Notes under the pieces: model-generated
The model's database searches: none
Seen by the model: the letters and a program-made list of their open reading frames with translations, nothing else
Told to the model about the DNA's origin: nothing
Program-made: the position numbers and the translations under genes
Origin: an uncultured virus (IMG/VR IMGVR_UViG_3300035191_000065)
Taxonomy: Duplodnaviria > Heunggongvirae > Uroviricota > Caudoviricetes
DNA length: 64,000 bases
Direction: 5' to 3' (one strand)
Virus record (IMG/VR): IMGVR_UViG_3300035191_000065
Shown: positions 57,686-64,000 of the stretch, one piece after another
Layout: each line of letters opens with the position of its first letter
Numbering within the stretch: the first letter of the stretch is position 1

Positions 57686-57801
57686 TGTCCCTCCATTTGA
57701 GCCAGAAAGTGACTCAACAGTACGCCAAAATCGTGCAGACTTTGACGCACTGTTGAGCCGCCTTGCGGCGACTCATGACGATTTGATTGTGAAGCAATAG
57801 G

Positions 57802-58314
57802 CTAGTCTTGAACGGTGCAGAGAATCTCAATAAAGCCCGTCTCTTCATTCTCTACGCGCTCGACGCCGATCACGTTGGGTTGGAGCCATGCGAGATCTTC
57901 GGCCTCTTTCGCAGCGGCGACCTGCCAGAAACGACCCTCTTGGTTGTTCCACCACTTGCCCTTGTCGTAATCGCTGATGATCGCCTCGAAACCGTCGGCA
58001 CTCTTGCGAAAACCGGCGTCATTCGACAGCCCCCCGCCGAGATGTTTGTTGACCACGTCTGCGGGGATGCGAACGTGAGCAACCTCGTCGCGACGGTCGC
58101 CCTGGTATCCGTAGAGGTTGACCGGCTCATCGAGGCAGACCTGGACCTTTTCGGCAACGAGCTTGGTTGCCTTTTCGGTCCACTTGGCGATCTCCTCTTC
58201 GAGCTTGTCAGCGGGGACGTGGCGACAGTTGAATTGAACAATGCGGTCAATCAACGCCTCGATGATAGCGTCGGTTGACTGCACGACAGACTTGTGAACG
58301 CGAAACTTGCTCAT
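57802..58314 (-). CDS. DUF1257 (Ycf35-like) protein
   Basis: MS.F.........I.AL; LYGYQGD.R; NDAGF; IISDYD. Confidence 0.7.
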   Translation of the reverse strand: MSKFRVHKSVVQSTDAIIEALIDRIVQFNCRHVPADKLEEEIAKWTEKATKLVAEKVQVCLDEPVNLYGYQGDRRDEVAHVRIPADVVNKHLGGGLSNDAGFRKSADGFEAIISDYDKGKWWNNQEGRFWQVAAAKEAEDLAWLQPNVIGVERVENEETGFIEILCTVQD

Positions 58315-58513
58315 GACCTAATCCCTTCCGTTGTTGCAGTGGATCGGCCCGCTAACGGGCTTTCCAATGTCGAGGTTGAGCGCTTCGTCAATCAGCATGA
58401 CGCCACCAGGCATGATCACGATATGAGCGGTCATGCTGGCTTGTGTCGTGCCGTTCGACTCGACTGGTGCGCCAAAGGCGAGACCTTGTCCTTCGTCCTG
58501 GGGACGATCTTTT

Positions 58514-58732
58514 TCACCAGTCACTTGAATCACCCCACCCCGCCGCGACGGTTTCGGTCTCGGTTTCGGTCTCGCAATGCTCGTGATACTCGTCGGTGTC
58601 CTCATGCACCACGATGCGCCCAAGAGAATCAAGCCAGCGGGTTTTCTCGCCGCAAGATGGGCCTTTGATGCCCTCGACCTTGCTTTCGATCTTACCCATT
58701 GGCTTCACAGTCAGTTTGACGGTATGTGCCAT
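58514..58732 (-). CDS. DUF2997 family protein
   Basis: V.P.G.I...VEG..G.SC...T..L..LG........EY; AGGAGG SD. Confidence 0.7.
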   Translation of the reverse strand: MAHTVKLTVKPMGKIESKVEGIKGPSCGEKTRWLDSLGRIVVHEDTDEYHEHCETETETETVAAGWGDSSDW

Positions 58733-59275
58733 GCTTTGTCCCTCCTGTCCTGCACTGAGCGGTGTGCTCAGGTTTGCAACCTCGAAACGCTGTTTCGCTT
58801 CGAGGCTCCAAACCTGAGCACGCCCTTTCGAGCGTGCCCAGGGGGAAGGGGACAATGCTAACGTTGTTCTGTCAGGGACTAAGCCAGATCGCGCAACGGT
58901 GCACCCTAATCCAGAGTACACGACGCAACGCGCAAGCTACGCCGACCATACGGACCAGCGCTTTCAATCATCCTGGGGATGACTGAGGGAGCGCTAGCGC
59001 CACTGTGACAGACTGCGCGCTAGTTGGGATGGTTGAGGTAGTGTGCAACGTCGCGCCCGCGAGGGGGACGTCTCCGCGCCCCTCTGGTGGCGGAACCACC
59101 AGGCCACGACGGGAGCCGTGGGAAACCCCCGCGCAGACGGGGGCTAGCACCTCTCGGTGCCAGGGGCGAGGGACGGGCGAGGGGAGCCCTAGCTTGCTCC
59201 GCCGTGGCCCGCTTGGTTGTCAATGACCCTGGGGGCGTGGCCCCCGCCCCCCCGCATACGAGAGGGGGTATGATG

Positions 59276-59303
59276 ATTCTACGCCCGTTTGAACGGTTTG
59301 CAA
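59276..59303 (-). promoter_or_regulatory. Sigma70-type promoter at the head of the long minus-strand block
   Basis: TTGCAA-16 nt-TAGAAT with A-tracts upstream. Confidence 0.65.
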
Positions 59304-59629
59304 CCCCTTTTTTTGATATTTTTTTTCGCCAATGATTACGGGCACCTACGGGGCATATCACACCCGGCCACGGGGAGTGTACCACGATCGCCGGGAATCG
59401 CCCACCGATGCCCGCGCCCAATGCAAGCCCCGTGCCATCCTATCCCGGTCAGCTCCCAGGGCGCAGACGCCTAAGTGCTCGAAATCACGCGGGTTGGCCC
59501 ACGGCACACCAGGGCTCCCCGTAGGGGAGCCCTGGGGGAACCCTGGGGAAGCCGGGGGAGAACGCACGGTCAGCGCACGGGAGCCCACGGCGCCCGTCCC
59601 CAGGACCGGGCTCGAACCTGGCGAAGCGG

Positions 59630-59803
59630 TCACTGACCCTCACTGACCTTTGCTCAGTCGCGGTTCAGTAACCAATTTGCTCAGTGATCACTGACCAAAA
59701 TCACTGACCAACGCGCAGTGAACGGGTCTCGAAACGGCTCATGGGGGGCTCGGCGCGGCCCGAGCGGGCACTTTCACTGGCCGTTTCGGTCGTCTCACTG
59801 GCC
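59630..59803. repeat. Cluster of TCACTGRCC repeats
   Basis: TCACTGACC at 59630, 59640, 59688, 59701; TCACTGGCC at 59774, 59795; inverted CAGTGA at 59682 and 59716. Confidence 0.7.
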
Positions 59804-59929
59804 AAAAAATGGCCTGAGATCGCCCGAGATGATCACCGGTCCCGACCCGCTGCAGGGGTGGTACACGGATGGTGGTAGTCACGTACATGACCACACCCAT
59901 AGGGAAGTATTAAGTTTTTAGAGATCAGC

Positions 59930-59980
59930 TTGACATATCCATCCCCAAGACGTACTTTCGGGCTAATCGTCCTGAAGACG
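59930..59980 (+). promoter_or_regulatory. Sigma70-type promoter overlapped by two palindromic motif copies
   Basis: TTGACA(59930)-17 nt-TACTTT(59953); motif variants at 59940-59952 and 59968-59980. Confidence 0.75.
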
Positions 59981-60045
59981 AAGTAATCACACAAAGCCGA
60001 AAGTCGTATACCACAAAACAATGTTTCAGAGGAGAAAACAGAGTC

Positions 60046-60900
60046 ATGCCAGGCGGATATCTGTTCGACGAAAACGATGATGAAGGAATCTTTGGCGACG
60101 ACCCCAAAAGAGCTGCTGGAGACCCAGATGCAAGAGCCGATATGGAGGCTGAGTCCTTTGTTCCTGGAATTACGATGGCCGTCGATGCAGATGGCTTCGT
60201 TATGTTCCCAGAGCTGGAAGGCGAGCAGAGCATTCTCGATCCGCCACCAGCCGTAGACATCGAGAACTTCATCTGTCTAGGAGAGTGTCGACACTACACA
60301 GAAAACGTCAGCCTCGTATTTGAGGGGCCAGCGCCCGACTCCGATCAGAATGTCGAGATTGGACGGTGGTGTGGGAAAGTACGGACCTGGGCCGAGCAGA
60401 CAGACCTCACCGAGGCCGAGATCAAGGGCTGCACTGCGTTCGAGCCGGTCGGTCACGGAGACCCGGACAGAATCCGAAGAGCGTGCGTACAAAACTCTCT
60501 TGTTCTTGCCGAGATACGTCAGTTGGAGATTGACCAGAAGGTAAATCTCGGCATCTGCGCTTTTGGTCCCTGCGAGTCGTTCATCGAAATGATCATTCGA
60601 AAGCCGACCGAAGAAGATATGGAGTCGCACCGGTGGTGTTTGCGCCTCGGAGGACTTGGTCGCCTTTACAGTCTGCGAGAACGACCGGTAATGGCTTGTA
60701 CCGGCTGGCGACCTCTTGGAAACAACCCCCAGATCGCCGCGATCGCCGCGAAAAACATTCAAACGATCGCTCGCTATAGAAAACTTATGGCCGAGCGAGA
60801 AATCGACGAAGGCGTCGAAAAAACAGGAAAGACGGCGGGCGAAATGCTCGCAGAGACCGAAGCAGCAATGGAATCCATGAAGGAGGATCACAATGGGTGA
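60046..60900 (+). CDS. Hypothetical protein with duplicated Cys-rich domain
   Basis: Two copies of IC...C..Y/F...RWC...CT.F/W.P; GAGGAG SD. Confidence 0.75.
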   Translation: MPGGYLFDENDDEGIFGDDPKRAAGDPDARADMEAESFVPGITMAVDADGFVMFPELEGEQSILDPPPAVDIENFICLGECRHYTENVSLVFEGPAPDSDQNVEIGRWCGKVRTWAEQTDLTEAEIKGCTAFEPVGHGDPDRIRRACVQNSLVLAEIRQLEIDQKVNLGICAFGPCESFIEMIIRKPTEEDMESHRWCLRLGGLGRLYSLRERPVMACTGWRPLGNNPQIAAIAAKNIQTIARYRKLMAEREIDEGVEKTGKTAGEMLAETEAAMESMKEDHNG

Positions 60901-61807
60901 AGCCCAGGCACAGCCGACCGCAGACTCAACGACCGAGGCATCAGCTCAGCCCCAGGCAGCTCCCGAGCAGCCCCAGGCCGAGGAACAGGTGGCCGACGTC
61001 CAAGATCCGGGGAGCATTCCCAACACAGAGTTCCTCGGCATCTCCGAAGCGCTGCAGATGGGGATGCAGACGCTCAAGCAGATGCCGCAGGCCAATCCGG
61101 CGCGGCTCAAGATGTTCTTGATCAACGACCTCTACCCCATCCTGGTCGACTTCGCTCAGATGGCCAACTGGTATACCGGTGACCTCCACGAGCGAGTCAG
61201 CAATATCGAGGACGAGGTCGAGGGCACGGGCGGAGAGGGCATCAGCCCCGAGTTCGCTGAGCAGCTCATCGAGTTCATCGGTCAGTCGCTCCAGCTCTTC
61301 GGCCTTCTGGTCAACCTCACCAAGGGAAATCCAGAGGTTGCCCACTCGGTGCAAATGATGATCGCCAGGGCGCCTGGGCTCATCGCCAGGATTCAGGAGA
61401 TCACTCTTTCGGAGGAAGAGGAAGAGGAGGACGAAGAGGAAGACGAAGAAGATGTCGAAACTCCCGAGGTGCTCGAACCTCGCTCTCAAATGACCGAGGA
61501 ACAAGCGGCGGCTGCCGACGCTGCTAAAGCGGAGGTGGCGGCTCCGGAGGCGGAGGAATCCACTGCCCCCGCTGCTCCAGAGCCCGAGACTTCGCCGTCT
61601 CAGGAGGCGCCTCTGGTCGAGAGCCCGGCACCCGAGGCAGCCTCTGTGGCGCCCGAGACCGAGCCACAACAGGAATCAGCTCCCGAACCGCCGCCAACTG
61701 AAGAGGCAGCGGTTGAGCAAGCAGCTCCCGAGCCCACTCCTGAGCCCACTCCAGAGCCGCCTGCAGCGGAGGTAGCTGAGCAAGGGGAGGAGAAGAAAAA
61801 TGGCTGA
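60893..61807 (+). CDS. Hypothetical acidic protein with Glu/Pro/Ala-rich tail
   Basis: AAGGAGG SD; overlapping operon. Confidence 0.75.
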   Translation: MGEAQAQPTADSTTEASAQPQAAPEQPQAEEQVADVQDPGSIPNTEFLGISEALQMGMQTLKQMPQANPARLKMFLINDLYPILVDFAQMANWYTGDLHERVSNIEDEVEGTGGEGISPEFAEQLIEFIGQSLQLFGLLVNLTKGNPEVAHSVQMMIARAPGLIARIQEITLSEEEEEEDEEEDEEDVETPEVLEPRSQMTEEQAAAADAAKAEVAAPEAEESTAPAAPEPETSPSQEAPLVESPAPEAASVAPETEPQQESAPEPPPTEEAAVEQAAPEPTPEPTPEPPAAEVAEQGEEKKNG

Positions 61808-64000
61808 AGTACCGGAAGAGGAAATGGGCACAGACCCCGATCTCCTCGATGAAGAAGATGTCGAACAGACGCCGACTTCAAAGCCAAAACCGGCCAAGAA
61901 GCGCCGGAAGAAAAAAAGTGGTGGTCAAGACGACGTCCCCAGGACGGCTCAGCCACCTCGAAGGCGTGCCTTTGTGGAATCACAAGTGAAAACGTCTCTG
62001 GCTCAGGGCGACATGATGGAGGTCATGAACCGCTACGACTGGGAATCGGGCGACTATGACGTCTCGGTGCTCAGAGTGCAGCCACAGAACTGGCACGGGC
62101 GAAACATCCAGGGCTACATCGCCTCATTTCCGCACTCGATCGACGAGGCTTTCATCCGTGAGCACTTCGGCGGTGGCGTCTACGACCTCAAAATTCGTGG
62201 GCCGAATCCGAGGGCCGGAACGTCCAAGGGTTTCCTCGATGGAACCAGGGTAAAAATAAGTGGTGAACCTATCGTGAGCGCGATGGACAAACACCTCGCT
62301 TTCGATGATGGCGGCATCATGCTCAGCAATCCGCAGGGTGGTCCTCCGTCTCAAGCGCAGATACGGGAGGCACAGATGGCGAGAAGAGGAGGTAGAAGAG
62401 CACAAGCGGCGTGGGAAGATGAGGAAGGCGGCGGGAGGGGTAACGGCGAAGACCCTGAGATGGTTCGGATGAGCTTCGATCGTCTCGGCAAGCTGGCTGA
62501 CTCTGCTTCGGAGGAGGCAAAGCAACTCCGTGAGCGCCTAATCGATGAGGCGACCAGAAAGGTAGGCGGTGAAGGTCTTTCATCAGAAGCGCTCTTGATG
62601 ATCAAAGAGTCTGCTGACCGAGCGATTGAGAGTGAGAGAGCCGCCGCAGAGCGTCTTCGGAAGACAGAACAGCAGCATCGCCAGGATTTCGAGCGTATGA
62701 TCGCCAAGGTCAGTAATCAGAACCACGGTATCCCGCCTGAAATGCTCGCGAGTCTGACCGAGCAGCATCGCTCCGAGATCAACGCGCTCAACGAGTCAAG
62801 ACTCACTCAGCTCACTCAGCTTCAGGACCGTCACGAACAAGAGGTGAACGCGCTGAGAGAAAGATATGAGCGCGAGATCACAAACCTACAGGAGAGAAAT
62901 CGAGACGAGGTCGATCGAGTACGAAGCGAGCTTCAGGGTCGTCTCGACAGAGAGCAAGAACAGTTCAAGCGAGAGATGGAGCGAGAGCGAGACAACAACC
63001 GCAAGGAGGTAGAGCGCCTGAAGGAAGAGGCTGATCGTCGTTACAACGATGCAGAGACTCAAGCCAAGCAGCGTTACGAGAAGCTGAACGACGACTGGCA
63101 ACGTCGTTTCGATCAGGAGCAAGACCGGGCTAGAGCCGCTTTGGACCAGGCACAGGAAAGAGCACGCACTGAGCGAGATACGGCTGATCGAAACAATCAG
63201 ATGCAGCTCGACCACATGAAGTCTCTTCACGAGACGCAGGTTACCCAGCTCACAGGCTCTCTTGGCAACCAGGTCGAACAAGAGCGTACTCGTGGTGAAG
63301 CTGCTATCGCGAGTCTGAAGGCCCAGCACGAAGCCGCGATTTCTCAGCTTAACACGCAGCTCGACATGTCGGTCAAGCTCCAGGAGACGAGCTATAAGGC
63401 TCAAATCGATTCCCTGCAGCAGGAGTTGGCTCGCGCCAGGGCCGATCTCGACGCGACAAAGCAGAAGGTGGCCGATCAGGGAGACTTGGTCACTCAGGCG
63501 CAGAAGCTCAAGACGGTTGGTGAATCTCTGTCTGGTGTGCTTGGTCTTGGCGGTGCTTCGGTGGGTGCTGGGGCTCTATCTGCCGACGTCGACCTGGAAC
63601 CAAAGCAGGAAGAGCCGAAGACGTGGTGGGGCAAGGTCATGCAGTTCTCCGAGTCCAACGTCGGAGAAAGCGTGTTTGAGTTCCTGAAGAACATGGCGGC
63701 TGGTGCTGCTGGTATGCATCCTGGTGCGCCCATGCCCGGCATGATGCCTGGTCTCCCGGGTCAGGTTCAGCCAAGTTATGGACCGCCACCTGGGGCTGTA
63801 TACGGAATGCCCCATCAGCCGGCGCCCGGTCCTTCCTATGGACCACCTCCTCAGCCAACCTATTCGCCGCCGCCACAAGCTCAGCCATACTCCCATCAGG
63901 TGATGGTCGATGAGGAAGAGTATGAAGAGGAGGTCATGGAGCCCGGTGGTGGTGTCGTGACAGGATCTTTTGTCGACGACGAAGTCGAGGAGGCAGGGCC
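61800..64000 (+). CDS. Large coiled-coil protein (over 730 aa, truncated at right edge)
   Basis: Own translation MAEVPEEEMG...IREHFGGGVYDLKIRG, then long E/Q/R heptads and a Pro-rich segment; GGAGGAG SD. Confidence 0.8.
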   Translation, partial: MAEVPEEEMGTDPDLLDEEDVEQTPTSKPKPAKKRRKKKSGGQDDVPRTAQPPRRRAFVESQVKTSLAQGDMMEVMNRYDWESGDYDVSVLRVQPQNWHGRNIQGYIASFPHSIDEAFIREHFGGGVYDLKIRGPNPRAGTSKGFLDGTRVKISGEPIVSAMDKHLAFDDGGIMLSNPQGGPPSQAQIREAQMARRGGRRAQAAWEDEEGGGRGNGEDPEMVRMSFDRLGKLADSASEEAKQLRERLIDEATRKVGGEGLSSEALLMIKESADRAIESERAAAERLRKTEQQHRQDFERMIAKVSNQNHGIPPEMLASLTEQHRSEINALNESRLTQLTQLQDRHEQEVNALRERYEREITNLQERNRDEVDRVRSELQGRLDREQEQFKREMERERDNNRKEVERLKEEADRRYNDAETQAKQRYEKLNDDWQRRFDQEQDRARAALDQAQERARTERDTADRNNQMQLDHMKSLHETQVTQLTGSLGNQVEQERTRGEAAIASLKAQHEAAISQLNTQLDMSVKLQETSYKAQIDSLQQELARARADLDATKQKVADQGDLVTQAQKLKTVGESLSGVLGLGGASVGAGALSADVDLEPKQEEPKTWWGKVMQFSESNVGESVFEFLKNMAAGAAGMHPGAPMPGMMPGLPGQVQPSYGPPPGAVYGMPHQPAPGPSYGPPPQPTYSPPPQAQPYSHQVMVDEEEYEEEVMEPGGGVVTGSFVDDEVEEAG

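Noticed and set aside
43644..58981. The repeated motif as CsrA/RsmA sites (CAGGAYG)
   Set aside because: GGA would be paired in the stem rather than looped, and variants such as CCAAGA lose it; not fully excluded
59595..59630. Additional tRNA mimic (CCAGGTTCGAGCCCGG on the minus strand)
   Set aside because: The T stem pairs poorly and there is no acceptor stem or CCA
40..63896. Many long antisense or alternate-frame ORFs in the track (e.g. 40-705, 4453-5415, 14170-15168, 44233-45234, 60941-61669)
   Set aside because: They shadow better-supported genes, lack SD sites and motifs, and are expected in GC-rich DNA

Overview
A 64 kb segment of what is most likely a large bacterial virus (phage-like, roughly 58% GC by eye, sigma70-type promoters, strong Shine-Dalgarno sites). 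No terminase, portal, major capsid protein, integrase or DNA polymerase was recognised, so virus type and host are not established. Layout: (1) 1-13.6 kb, modular virion/fibre-like proteins sharing an N-terminal domain, plus a poly-gamma-glutamate hydrolase and a dual-specificity phosphatase; (2) 13.8-21.2 kb, small membrane proteins and an M23 peptidase; (3) 21.6-27 kb, ParB-methyltransferase, AEP primase and a helicase-like protein; (4) a ~31 kb minus-strand block (58.7 to 27.1 kb) of early/middle-type genes, including a stand-alone Cas12m-like (type V-M) effector with an inactivated RuvC-I and a 10-repeat CRISPR array; (5) a divergent control region and the start of a plus-strand operon. 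The most unusual signals are non-coding: about a dozen tRNA-mimic hairpins ending in NCCA at gene junctions of the early block, a 13-bp palindromic motif present over 40 times, and two stand-alone structured RNA candidates. All family assignments come from motif recognition by eye; no searches or folding programs were run.
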